This document shows positions 21,220-33,767 of a stretch of 64,000 nt of DNA, piece by piece. Location: contig CDLV01000010.1 in assembly GCA_001244265.2 (NCBI GenBank), forward strand, positions 248,001 to 312,000, in the 5' to 3' direction. Each line of letters begins with the position of its first letter. Positions within the stretch are counted from its first letter, which is position 1. The DNA comes from Microbotryum violaceum (lineage: Eukaryota). Under the pieces are notes generated by a model. The model had not been told where the DNA came from. It made no database searches and saw only the letters and a list, made by a program, of their open reading frames with translations. Made by a program: the position numbers and the translations under genes.

Positions 21220-23122
21220 ATGAGATCTCTCGTCGACGAATTTGGTCTACGCCATGTCAGTTCGTCGCATTCGGTGCGCGACGTACTGCTCCTGTTCACC
21301 TCGCGCTTCGTGCGCATGCTCGCCTTTGGGGCCGTGTCCCCCATCCTGGTGCTACACCTACGACTGATCGGATTGTCTGATACCCGAGTCGGATCTTTCC
21401 TCTCTTTGACGCTATTAGGGGATGTGCTCTTGTCCCTCGTCGTGACGTGGACCGCCGATACGCTGGGTCGAAGGCGGGTGCTCGCGCTCGGCGCCTTCTT
21501 GATGGCCGCCAGCGGTGTAGTATTCCACTACTCCGGTTCGTACGTGCCTCTGCTCCTCGCTGCCATTATTGGAATTATATCGCGTAAGCACCTCCTACGC
21601 CCGCTGTCTTTTTCTACTCCTCCCAAGGTCCTGTCAAGCTGACCCAGTCGCCTCTTCCTCCGTTGGACGGCACGGTGGGGCCCATCTTTGGCTCGCAGCC
21701 ACGGGCAATGAGGTCGGACCCTTCTCTGCGGTCGAGACAGGCATGTTGTCACAACTCGTCGAACCAGAAGCCCGGGTTTACGTGTTGATGTGGTATCAGG
21801 TGCGCCCAGATACCCCGAACGATTGTCGCTAATTAAAGTACTCGTGGGAGACAAATCTGCGCCAACTGTATTGACCGTCGCTGTCGCTGTGCTTCTACTA
21901 CAGTTCTTGGGCTTTGTCGGCACCTCTGTTGGTAGCGTGTGCTCAGGAGCGCTTGTGACCTCCCTCGAGCGATCTGGAAGGTCGCTCGTGACGGCATACC
22001 GTGCGGTCTTTTACCTCTATACGGCGACGGCGTTGCTCAAGATCGTGCTCTCCCTCGCGCTGACGTCCTATACCGAGGTGGACCACCCCCCTATCACCGC
22101 CCGATCAAGCACCTCGGCCGTCACATCAACGACCACGAGAATCGCCGGGGATGGCGCCATAGACCCGGAAAGGCAGCCCCTCCTCAGCGAGCAAGCTTCA
22201 CCTTCGGTCGTGACGGCAGTTCTTGACCCACCCCCGCAAGCCGAGATCAAAGCCCGACTTCCGATCGTGCGACTCGCTCTGCTCTCGATCCTCTTCTCCA
22301 TCGACTCTTTCGCTTCCTCTTTGGCTCCACTTTCATTCACCTCGTACTACCTTAGATTAGCCTACGACGCGCCACTGTCGACAATTACTTCGACATTTTC
22401 GGCAGGCTCCATGATTGCCGGCTTCTCCCAGCTCGCTGCAGGATCGATCGCACGACGACTGGGAATCATCTTGACCATGGTCGGAACGCACAGTAAGCTC
22501 GTGTCCGAGTTCAGACCATGGGATACATTTCCCGTACCAGCGCGGCATCCACTTACCCGGGTCTCCTTATCGATCCCAGTTCCTGCGCAAATCTTGACGA
22601 TCGCACTAGCCTTCGCACCAACGCTCAAAGCGGCGATCGTGATCTTCTTGGGTAGAGCAGCAACTGCGTCGATGGATTCTGGTGTTCGTGGTGCTTTCTT
22701 ATCAGCCATCATCCCCAAGGATTCGCGCACTCGATACCTGGGCAGTGAGTCTCGGTATTGCAGCGGTCGTCATCGATTTTCAACAAAGTAGGCAGCTTAC
22801 CGGCTTTGCCTATAACCTTTTATCCTGTTGTGGCAAAAAATCAATAACCCCCACAGTCATCAATGTTTGCAAGACGCTTGCCTCAGCCCCGGGCCCGACT
22901 GTGTCGGGTCATTTGGCTGCTCGAGGAGCGCAAGGTTTGCGTTGGAGCTTTGTCCTTTGCGGAGGTCTCAAAATCCTATGTAAGTACTGGTGGCTTTCCG
23001 ATTTGGCTCACAAAGGTTCGGCGAAAATGGGGTTCCTGACAGCAATTCGACGATCTTCTCGGAACCCAACAGACGATTTGGGATTATTGGTTAGCTTCTG
23101 GGCCTACAAAATGGAGCATTAG
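21220..23122 (+). CDS. Major facilitator superfamily transporter
   Basis: Multiple hydrophobic segments, motif A-like ADTLGRRRVL, GNEVGPFSAVE, and IARRLG in the second half. Spliced. Confidence 0.85.
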
Positions 23123-23365
23123 CCATACACATACTACGAGGACCTCTATAAAAGTCGGCACCAGTAGTAAAGCGCCGGCTCTGTAGCTACTCCCATATCA
23201 TAGGTCGTTGCGTTGTTTGATATTTGCTATTGCATTCCAATATTTCTTGTCCTTAAAGCTAGGACAATAGGTTTTTTTCCATACGGGTAGCGTCGGTATT
23301 TCACTGAGAAATGTGGGCCGTCACCCATGCCCATGTCCAGGGATCCAGGGAGTTGCCGGCGAAGC

Positions 23366-23485
23366 GGAAAAAGAAAAAGAAAAAGAAAAGAAGGAAAGGA
23401 AGGAAAAAAGAGAAGAAAAGAGAAGAAAAGAGAAGAAAAGGGAGGAAATAAGGAAAAGATGAGGGAAGAAAGGGGAAGAAGGAAA
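23366..23485 (+). repeat. Polypurine (G/A) low-complexity tract
   Basis: About 120 bp of almost pure G/A, including GAAAAA and AAAAGAGAAG repeats. Confidence 0.9.
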
Positions 23486-24399
23486 CATGACCACATGATG
23501 TACATGGTCACAGTACTCTCTTGTTGCATAACTTTCCCGAATTCGGTATCTTTACACCAACACAAGGCACACGTAAAGATGGTATGCTTAAGCTTGAGAA
23601 ACACGCTTACATTCCCGCTCGCAGCCGCCTCACTTACAGCCTTTTCAGGGCTCGGACAGCAGTGTAAAGAGCAATGAAAAAAGCAGGCTTTGAACACGTG
23701 GATTACCAGAAAAATGCTTTGCTTTACCAGAAATGCCTTCCACAGAAACTATGCGAACATCTCACCATGTTTGGAGTTCCAATGGCTAGAGTAAGGCACC
23801 GACCGGTCAACTGAGATCGCGGATTCGGCGAGGCCAATCCAAGCTACCAACGAGCCTCGAGTCCGAGTCACCCTTCTTTAGGACCGTTTTGTTGCGCTCG
23901 TATCCGTCAGAGCACATCCTGAATGGTGGAATAAGTCGTAAATCGAAGGTCGATAAAATATCAAGATACCGAGGATGACCATGTAAAAAGCGCAGGGAAG
24001 GATGCCGATCGATACCGATGCCGATAATGATCAAGCGAGGTCATAAGATCTTGTCATATGGTCCGCCACTCATGCCAGTCCTTCTTCTTGAGAGCTTCGA
24101 TAGAAAGGTCGTTGGTAGCGCGAAGTGAAGGCACGCTGGATGGCAAGTCGTGGAGCCAATCTGCGTCCTCCTTGTGTTCCGATCTTAGTGGTTGGCATCG
24201 GTCACCATTTCGTCCCGCCGCAGTTCCAAAGCACATCTCGTGCTCAACCGCCGAGGGAGCACAAGACCCGACACTCTTGCCGTCTGATGCTTGTAAGTTG
24301 TGTTCGGTTCTTCTTGGTAAGAATTGACTTTGTTGGTTGCTCTGCTTACTTGAAAGACGGCATCCATTCGGATCTCCGACCATGCGGACCAGGTGGGCT

Positions 24400-24950
24400 C
24401 GGTAGAACTAAAGTCGAAGCGAAGGGTAGCTCGAAGTCACCTATAGATGCGTTGAACGAGTCGCACTTGGTATCGGAACATGAATAAAATTATTTCCGGT
24501 CACTTCTCTGGGAACGGCGGACAAAGAAACGCCGACTTCAGTACACGAGATGGAGCGGCACGGCGAACGCGCTTACGGTCGGGCGACATCTCACGGTACC
24601 TTTGTTCGAAGGGCTCTATTTCATGCCAGATGTTGTAACGATGGATGTCAGCATAGCAAAGGTGATCACAGAGACGATCGTTAGTATTCGAGCTGCTACC
24701 ATTGAGCTGCGCTCGTTGTGTAGTCCAATGATCATGGTCGACCAACGTCGGCTCTGACCTGATCCTTATCGGCGACTCCTGAACTTGCCTTATTCGAAGG
24801 TATCGCTCAGCCTGTATTCAAGTTTCGCTACTTGCTTCCTTATCGGTCTGATCGTCTTCGAGAAAGCTTTGGGGCGTTGTAGGCGGTTGAAGGCGGTGGA
24901 CGGCGGAACTCGGGAGCCTGACGTCGGTGCGCTCGTGATGCTAGATTGAT
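24400..24950 (-). pseudogene. Possible degenerate CorA-like membrane protein fragment
   Basis: Minus strand 24735-24616 reads MIIGLHNERSSMVAARILTIVSVITFAMLTSIVTTSGMK*, loosely like CorA TM1 with the GMN motif. Stops and frameshifts surround it. Confidence 0.3.
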
Positions 24951-25654
24951 GGCTGTCTTGCTCATCGATGGCTCATGTAAGTTGATGAGCATTGGATTAC
25001 AGCCCAACTCCGCGCCTTCATCGGCCTAAAGTGTGAGATGTGCTAGTTCACGTGTCTCGCCCCGGCATGCTGTACGAGTCAAATCGTCTCGATCGGCTTT
25101 GCTGAACGACATCGGATGGGAGTAACGATTGAGAGCAAGTCTTGCGGTGACGCGGCAAAACCTATTGTGTTGGTTCGAAGGCCGAAGAAGTGCGGGCGTT
25201 GGGCATAACTCAAGACAGGTTGGGGGCTAAGAAAGAGCTCGATGCGATTGTCGCGCCGCGAGCAACACGTGACTTCTGCTAACTTCCCCTCTGCCAACTC
25301 TGCCAAATTCGCCAACTTCATTACCTAAGCGGGCCGCACGCGGCGCGCGCTTGAAGTTGGCGAAGTTGGCACTCCCTCGACACCGCCAGCGCCCCGTTTC
25401 TCAGAAATGGGCCGGCAGCTGCTCGCCGCATTTAAGCGCTTAAGCTGCAAGGAACCGCACCGAGGCAGTCCTGCGGACTATATAGCCGACTCGCGCCCGC
25501 CTACGGGCGCCGGACTAGACCCGACTCGTCGTTTCTTGGGCTCGACTCAGCTCGGCGTCCCGCCGGCAATCACGAAGTCCCGTCATCCCCTCTTTGGCTC
25601 AAGCTCGCCATTTCAATCATCTGCTCCCCTCAGCGTCGTTCCATTATAACAGCT

Positions 25655-27209
25655 ATGAGAACAGCCAAAATCGTCGCCGTTGACGAGTGAGTGAAGTCTC
25701 GGCCCCCGATGGTCAACACCCTCGCCCACGGGGTCAAGGCTGCCCCACTTCAAGTCGCGCGACAGGTCGCCATGGACAACCGAACACAGCCCGACTGAAA
25801 CATCTTTGACATTGTTCTTCTACTCCCCTTTGCAACAGCATTACTTTCCAACTCGATAAGGTACCCTTCTCGCTCCCGGTCGCGGCTTAATCGCGCTGCT
25901 GTCGTTCCATCGCCAGCGGCAGATTCTCGGACCCCAGCTTCGATTCTTGGACCACGTCCGATCGACGCGATGGCTCAAATGGTTCCTCGCGTTCGTCGTC
26001 ATCAAGTCCGCGAATAGATTCTTGGGTCGCATGGCGAGGAATAATGGCTATTATGCCGCGGATCCTCCCCGATGGAGTCGAGTCAAGGTGCGTGGGCGAA
26101 CTGGCCTTTCTCGACGACAGAGTTCGAAGGGGCCGATAACTGACCGTGCCGGGTATATCTGTGGGCGCATTTATCACCTCTGATACAGGGAAAGGGGGAC
26201 GTGGTTTTGATCACCGGCGGATCGACAGGAATCGGCAAAGAAGTCGTCGAACTGCTCGTCAAACAGACCAACAAGATTGTCGTCTTTGACATGGCAGAAC
26301 CGACATACAACGCCGCGTCGGGCGTCCACTTCTTCAAGGTCGACATTACAGACCCCGAAGCGATCGCTGTGGCCGCTCAAAAGGTTCGGGCCGAAGTGGG
26401 CCACCCTACCATCATCGTAAGCTAACATAAAACTTTATCGGATCTTCTTGAGCCGGGTTCTGAGCTCGCTGTGGCTGAGTTGCTGACCACGATCTTGCCC
26501 GTACAGGTCAATAACGCTGGCATCATCCATGTAGCCCCTCTTCTCAAGGCGACACCGGCCTCAATGAAGAAGGTGTTTGCTGTCAACGTCATGGGTGCTC
26601 ACAATATCTTGCGCGAGTTCCTGCCCCACCTGATCGCAATCAACCATGGCCACGTCCTGACGACCGCCTCCTCCGCGGCGTACGCGAGTGTGTGTGAATT
26701 CGCTGCGTACTCGTGCTCGAAAGCGGCGGTCCTCGCTCTTCACGAGACGACACAGGCCGAGTTAGTTCATCGGTACAAGGCACCCAAAGTGCGCGTCTCG
26801 ATCATCTGCCCGACCAAAGTCGCGACAACTCTGGGCGAATTCTTGGAGGATAAGTCGCTGCAATTGTGAGTCGACGACTCGTGGTGCCAGCCAAATCATC
26901 AGAAAGCTCGGCTGACTCATGGACTGCTGGCACACTGTTTGCGTTACTTCCAGCCTGTTCCCGACAATCTCACCCAAGTGGCTCGCAGACAAAATGACGA
27001 CCACCATCGAGTCGGGTCTTTCGGAGCATCTCGTTCTCCCCCACTACGCCTCGCTACTGCCTGGCCTTCGCTTCTTCCCCGAATGGTTTCGGTGGGTCTT
27101 TGAGAATGCCGGTAGTGTGCATAGCATGACGTCCGAAGCTCGTACGGCCAACACTTCGAGCAAGATCTACACGTTCGCAAAGACGAACTTTGATGACCGA
27201 ACGGAGTGA
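25655..27209 (+). CDS. Short-chain dehydrogenase/reductase with N-terminal membrane segment
   Basis: VVLITGGSTGIG (Rossmann fold), VNNAGI, VNVMG, TTASSA, catalytic YSCSK. The 5' exon structure is uncertain. Confidence 0.88.
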
Positions 27210-28126
27210 GGCTGCCACTGCGCCTTGCGTGTCGTGATTGCAAGAGGATGCGCTGCAATGAAGGTATTTCGTCGCATGAAGCACCCTCGACATCGAGATG
27301 CTGGATCGGCATCCCCTGGACTAACCCCGCTCCACCACTGTTCTGATGTGCCACGGTGGTGCCCTACGTAGCGTGAATTTGGACGAAGGAAGGCAACGGA
27401 TATGTAATTGCAGGCCCAAACCCTCCGTTCTGGCCGCCAGGGACGGGCCTCGATCGCTTCTGAGGCACGCCCGGGAGTTTTGATCTGTGCGCCCATGTGC
27501 GAGCGAGCGACGCGCCGCAAGTGGGCAAGCCTGGAACGCAGTGCCCAGGCTGGTTGGTGCCTTCTAAGTTTTTGGCACGGGGCATTCCATGGCGTAAAAG
27601 GAGAGAGAGAGATGCATCATTCGAGAAGGCCCTCCGTGGGTTGTGACCAGGGAAATTGTGGCTAGGTCGGTGCTTACGACCACGTCTCAAAGAGTTGTCA
27701 AGAGACATGTGCAAAATTGGCCCGGTCCAGGGGCTGCCCGGGAGCCGGAGGAGCCGGAGGAGGCGCAAGGCGACCGCGTGCCGAGTGATCGCCGCGCTAG
27801 TAGCGGCAGGGCGGATCCCCGTGGGTCAAAAAGAGAACTGGCCAGCCTTGGCCACCATATTGATGGTGGCCAAGGACGCGCAGACGCGTGAACATTCGCG
27901 CAGACTGTGGATGGAAAATTTGGCTCCAAACGGGAACATGCTTCGGCCCAGGGTTTTTGCCTTTTTTGTCCAATTACGGAGCGTTTCAGAGAGTTTCGGC
28001 CCCCACACGCTTCAACATGCTCCATACTCGGATCCTTTTCACTTCCCTTCCCACAATCCTGCCCTTTGCCCTCGCTCGCTTTATACCGCTTCTCTCTTTC
28101 AACCCAGTACATAAGCACTCACTACC

Positions 28127-29086
28127 ATGGTCCGCTTCGCCGCCGCTGTTGCCTTGGCCTCGGCCGGTGCCTTAGTTTCTGCTCAGTCGACCGCCGTGAG
28201 TTCTGGGCCCCCTCGCTGGTGGCGTTTTGGGTCAACCTCGAACCTGGCCGGCGGTCGAGGAGCCCCGGACGCTAGGCTTGTGATCACCCTCACCAGCCCC
28301 ATCTCTAGTGTTGACTGACAGCTTGCACGCGTCCTTTGGCCTGTGTCACCTACAGCTTCCTTCTTGCGTCCTCCCCTGCTTCTCCTCTTCCGTCTCGGCT
28401 TCGGGCTCTACCTGCACTGTAAGCATACACGAAACAGTTCAGGCGCCACTCGCGGTCCGGACTCGAGTAGCGACCCGTCACGAAACGGATCTCTGTTGAT
28501 TGCTTACATGGTGTGCGTCTATCCATGCAGATCACCGACATTTCTTGCTTGTGCAAGGATACCAAATTCCAAATCGCCACCGTCCAGTGCTTCAAGAGCA
28601 GCTGTCCCGCCAGTGACCTTGCCGCCGCGGAGGGCTTCGGAACCTCGTCTTGCTCTGCCGTCGGCGTTACCATCGATCAGGGTGCCATCTCCGCCGCCGC
28701 CGCTGCAGGAACCGGAAGTGCTTCGGCTGACGCTGCTTCGTCGACCGCTGCCCCCACTTCTTCGGCCGGTTCGGCCGCCACCTCTGCTGCCGCTGTACGT
28801 TGGTCTCCTCCGGATCTTGCTACATCGTTTTTTGTAGAGATGCTGATGCAGCCTTGTTCTGCGTGCCATTTCCTTGAACCCACAGGCCGTCACGAGTGCC
28901 GCTGCAGGTACGTTTTGCGGATCTTAGCCCCAAAAATGTTTTCGGCTTGCTGTTGCTGACGCTGACCACTTTGGCGTGACCAAACAACCTGCAGCTGCCA
29001 CTTCGAAGGCTACCTCGTCCGCCGATAAGGTCGCTGTTACCGGCGTGCTCGGCTTTGTTGCCGGTCTCGTCGCTCTCCTTGCCTAG
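28127..29086 (+). CDS. Secreted, probably GPI-anchored CFEM-domain protein (paralog 1)
   Basis: Signal peptide MVRFAAAVALASAGALVSA, 8-Cys CFEM LPSCVLPC...CT|ITDISCLC...VQCFKSSC...SSC, Ser/Thr/Ala stalk, hydrophobic C-terminus VAVTGVLGFVAGLVALLA*. Confidence 0.9.
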
Positions 29087-30009
29087 ACGTGTGCCGATTT
29101 CTCCACCGTCTCGACAGGGGGAGTCGAGCTTGATCGGGGTTTTAACACGGACGTTGCGACACGGCCTAGGGTCTGCGGCTTTGAATAATTATATCTTGTT
29201 GCGGAAAGTGGGAGCGATGAAAAATCGTGATTATGCAATGTATCGCCATCCAGTTGAACCACGTGTGCCAAGCTTCGAAATTGTTCGAGACAGCCCAAAC
29301 CCTCCGACTTGTGCAGTCTCGTTCACGTGCCGTGACCGGGATCCCAATGGCTCGCAAAACCAGGACATGGTCGTACAGCATTACACTTACTGACAAAATG
29401 CTCGCTCTAAAGCAATGTGGGGCCCGCCGCGTCCGACGTTCCGGAGTGCGAGCGCTAGAAGGTTGTAGTGACGTAGCTTAGGACCGCTCCGCCCGACACG
29501 TTCTTCGAGGGCAGAGCAGTTTCCGCCTTGGCAGAGGGAGGGAGGAATATGTAGTGTCGCATTTGAAGCGATATGCTTTACATTCCTATCTCTGCGCGAA
29601 GGTGTGGATAACTTTGATTGTGGCGTAGGCCCAGCTGAGCGTAAGCGGGATCCAAAAGCACGATAGTGGCTTCGGCACTCAAAGGACTTTGTGAAAAACG
29701 GTTGTACTTTCTCTTATACACACCGCTAGTCTTTGGGCTAAGCTCCCTCCCCAGAGACTCTGGACAAGCACAAACTTTAGGCCGTTGGCGTTGCCAAGCC
29801 CAGTCGGCATCGCTGTCGGCTTCGCTCGCTCTTCGGCTCACGGCTGGCTGAAGGCTCCTTTCGTCGTTGTTCCTACGTCGGCCCGACCCCGCCGCTACCG
29901 GATGACCTTTTCCTCCGCTCTCTTTCCTTCCCTTTCTCCTCCTCTTCACAACTATTCTTATACTCTCATTCATTGACTATCCACTTCGTTCAACGACCGA
30001 CTAGTCATC

Positions 30010-30965
30010 ATGATGTATGTCGTCTACAATACTGCCGCCGTTCTGTTTGTCTCTGCCGTTGCTTTGGTTTCGGCCCAATCAGCGGTACGGTCCCATCCTC
30101 GTTGATTGGTGTATTCAGAGTGTCGGGAACAAGCTCTACCCTAATTTCCATCGTTTCTCTGACCCCAAAATTCATCCACCAGACCCCCCGCCTGTCTAAC
30201 GCTGTGCTACTCCTCGGCGGTCGCTGCTTCGGGCTCCTCCTGTGAAGTGGGTGCACCCCGATTGCCCATCTGTACTCGCGAGTGCAGGCAAAGGCTTAGG
30301 CACCTTTCTTCTCACTCTTTCAGACTACCAACATGACACGCCTGTGCCAAGACTTCAATTTTCGAGTCGCGGCTGTCAAGTGTTTCAAAGAAAAATGTTC
30401 CGACCTGACCGAAACCGTGAATGCGGAGAATCTCGGAAGCGACATGCCCCAGCGTTGGGATCACTCTGGACCAGAACGCGATCCAAGCCGCCGTAACATC
30501 GTCTATCGGGGTTTCCGCTACGTCTACGGGAGCGTCGGCGACCGGATCAGTTGCGGCAACTACTACCGCTTCCCCGACTGCGGCTCCAACAAGTACCTCG
30601 ATTACCTCAGCGGCTTCGGCAGTGAGTATATTTACAAAGAAAATGGGAAAAAGAGAGAGAAAAAGTGGACATTCTTTGTGTCCAGGGCGACATATGATGT
30701 TTAGACCAAACTGACCCCTATTGGTGGTCTTTTTCTCTGCTCCCGCGCTATAAGGCCACTAGTGGTGTACCCGTAGGTGAGTAATACCCTGGAGGCTATG
30801 AAGAGGTCTGATTCTCGGATCTCTGCTGAAGCCAGTTGATCGCGTTGCACCCGTGGACCGCATCCATCCTCAGCAGCCACCTCGAGTGCTGCTTCTTCAG
30901 CCAATAAGCTCGCCGTCACAGGCTTACTGGGGTTCATTTATTCCTTTGTTGCTGTTGCCGGTTGA
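30010..30965 (+). pseudogene. CFEM paralog 2, probably pseudogenised
   Basis: Same exon layout as the flanking paralogs, but with +1 C at 30184-30189, a second frameshift near 30439, and D..CLC changed to N..RLC. Confidence 0.75.
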
Positions 30966-32295
30966 TCACCTTGTGGCTATTGCAGTTCGTACCCCGCCAT
31001 CAGAAGTTGGTTGAACTCGGCCGTGGAAGTTCTGCGGCTGGCAGCGTTTTCGTTCATCTGATGCGGGTAGAATATTGTACATGATAACTTATCAGTACCG
31101 CGATCAAGATCTGGAGTATACCAAAGAGACCATGCGGCACCCTGTTATCACTCTGCAGCTGGTAAAGCAATGAACGGTAGAAGTTCCGGGCGGCGTGCTT
31201 CCCCGCCCGGGCAATAGCCTTCCTGGGAGCCCGGGGGCAGTGCACTGATAGGTACACTAGCTGACAAGCTCCGGCAGGTACAGCGAATGTGTGAGTGACC
31301 AGGCTGTGTATACATCTCTTGTGCAAATTTTAGAATGTAGACGATGCGACAGCTCCAGTCCATCGCTGAATTCAGACTTGGATTCCACACCGGATGCCTT
31401 GGAGGACGCCGGCGAATTGCCTCAGCCAGCCAGCCCGTCCAGTCGCCCGCGGGGCTCCTGTGCAAGATAAGGAACAGCAGTACAGCACCACACAGCTTTT
31501 CGCGAAGATCTAAGATGGTGTGACTGCTCCTGATTGACGGGACACATTACTAAGGCGCCTGCTACCGTGGATCGAGTTGGCCTCAGCGATTGAGTCGGCC
31601 AATTGGAACAAATCCCTCCCTAAACAGGAAGCGGGCGCAGCCTCACCGCGGCGGTCCGCTTTGCATGGGCAAGCGATTCGGTCGGCCGTGGCAGTGATTG
31701 GTCGCACTGCTGACCTGAGGCGCCCCTTACCCGCTGCAAGTTCTACAGACAAATGGGGCTTGCAATGGAAACGTGAGCGACAGAATGGAGACAGTGCTTT
31801 ATGGAAGCGACTTTGGTCCCTGCCAATTTCACGAGTTTGCGTTGGCCCGCTGAGCCGGGGTCCGAGTCGTCGTTGAAGACAGGGGCAAGTTGTGACCGAT
31901 TCCTTGTCTTGCATTTGTCGACGGCCGAGGATCGTCCAAAAACGATGAGGGATTATTCAATTAAAGGGGATTATTCAATTAAAGGATCATTTAGGAAGTT
32001 TCAGCGCAATGGCAGCTTCTCTACAAAGAGCGCGCCCCGGAGTGGCACTGCCGAGGCACTGCTTGGCATCGCTCGCCGCTTTTGGCCCAATCCAGCAGGT
32101 GCTGGGCTCCTCTTTTTCGCGCCAGCGCAACCGCGTCTGCAAACCTCGCCGACGTTTCGGGATCCTTCTCTTTCTCTCTCTCTTTTACTCACATCGCTAC
32201 CTCCATCCCTCCATCGCATCAATCTCATCGCTTCACCACTACCACATCCTTACAGCACTCTTTCCCGTCCAACTCACCGCCTCTGCACTTCAGTC

Positions 32296-33286
32296 ATGGT
32301 TCGTCTGGGCACTGCTGCAATTCTCGCTTCGACCGTCGCGCTCGTCACCGCCCAATACGCTGTAAGCCATCCATCATCGACCCATCTGGCGGCTTACTCC
32401 TAGCTTTCCGTCAGACAGCTGACAACAAGCACATCATCTGCACCCTGCACCACTCAACCCCTGCAGACCCCTGCGTGTTTGATGCCCTGCTACGCCTTTT
32501 CGCTCACCGCCTCGGGCACCACATGTTGGGTAAGGACCTGACCCGGCCGTCCCGGTTCTTCCGCTCTGATGGCTGATGCTATTTCTTTCGACGGAAACTG
32601 TTCTGCTCTTTCAGTCCAGCGACATCAAGTGCTTGTGCCAAGACTTTGGGTATCAAGTCGCGACCGCGCGATGCTTCAAGGACAAATGCGCCAACTTGAC
32701 CGACACCGAGACTGCATCGAGCATCGGACTCATGTCGTGCGCTAGCGCCGGTATTATCGTCAATCAGGCAGCGCTATCATCCGCCTTGGCTTCCTCCATT
32801 GCGGCCTCTTCCACGACTGCGGCATCCAAGACTGAAACATCAGCGGCCAGCACCACCGCCGCTGCGACTTCGGGGGCCGTCTCGAGTGCTGCCTCGGCGG
32901 CCACTTCCTCCGCCGCTTCACTAGCTACTTCCACTGCAGTGTCTACTACTGCCGTCGCTTCGGTAAGCTGAGCAGTGACCGAACTCGGTGTGGGGTAGAC
33001 GCCGAGATGATCCTGCGCACCCATCCGAGTCGATGCTAACCCAAGCCCTTCAACTCTTATCTGTCGCTGCTCCCCACGACCACAGGTGATCACGAGTGCC
33101 GCAGCTTGTAAGCTCACTGTACCCACCATAAGCTACGTATAATGTCACAGCACGCTCACAAAGCATCTTCTCCTCTTCTCTTCAATTTCAGCTGCCACGT
33201 CGACGCGAGCTGCTTCGTCTGTCGACAAGGTAGTTGTTACCGGCGCCCTTGGCTTCGTCGCCGGTCTACTGGCGCTCTTGGGATGA
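32296..33286 (+). CDS. Secreted, probably GPI-anchored CFEM-domain protein (paralog 3)
   Basis: MVRLGTAAILASTVALVTAQYA|TPACLMPCYAFSLTASGTTCW|SSDIKCLCQD...RCFKDKC...MSC, Ser/Thr/Ala stalk, C-terminus VVVTGALGFVAGLLALLG*. Confidence 0.9.
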
Positions 33287-33767
33287 TCGTCTTGTGGAAT
33301 TCTGTCCCGCACCTCGGGGAAAAGACCTCGGAGAAAGGAGAGCCGTTCCACCGGGCGCTGAGGCGCTGGAACTTAGTAGCATTCATCCTATACCCCAATT
33401 TCGAGCGAGCCCGCGTTAATAGTAGAGCTGGTCTTCATTCAGTCTCAGTCTCGTTTCCCTGCAATACATTCTAGACCTAGCAACATGTGACTGCTCAGAA
33501 CACATACACAGATACACCTGTTTGCACGTGCCACCGTGTAGCAATCCTTACGCAATCGTTGATTTCGCTTTAAAAGCTTGACCGATGGCTTTTGCTGTTC
33601 GCGCCAGGGAGCAAACAAAGCTTTCGGAGAGGGCAGCATTATCAAATGTGGTGCTCATTGAAACACGGAGTAGCATGTGATATTACAGACAGGCGGTATA
33701 CAGCGGGTGGCAAAACAAGCTTCTATCGATCGGGACAGCGCTCTGAATGGGGACAGGATTTGCAGGT

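Noticed and set aside
23227-23697. ORFs of 156 aa and 116 aa
   Set aside because: They result from the stop-poor polypurine tract and show no recognisable domain.
25839-25920. Apparent frameshift at the SDR 5' end
   Set aside because: A 56-bp GT-AG intron (25861-25916) restores the frame, so a pseudogene call is not justified without cDNA.
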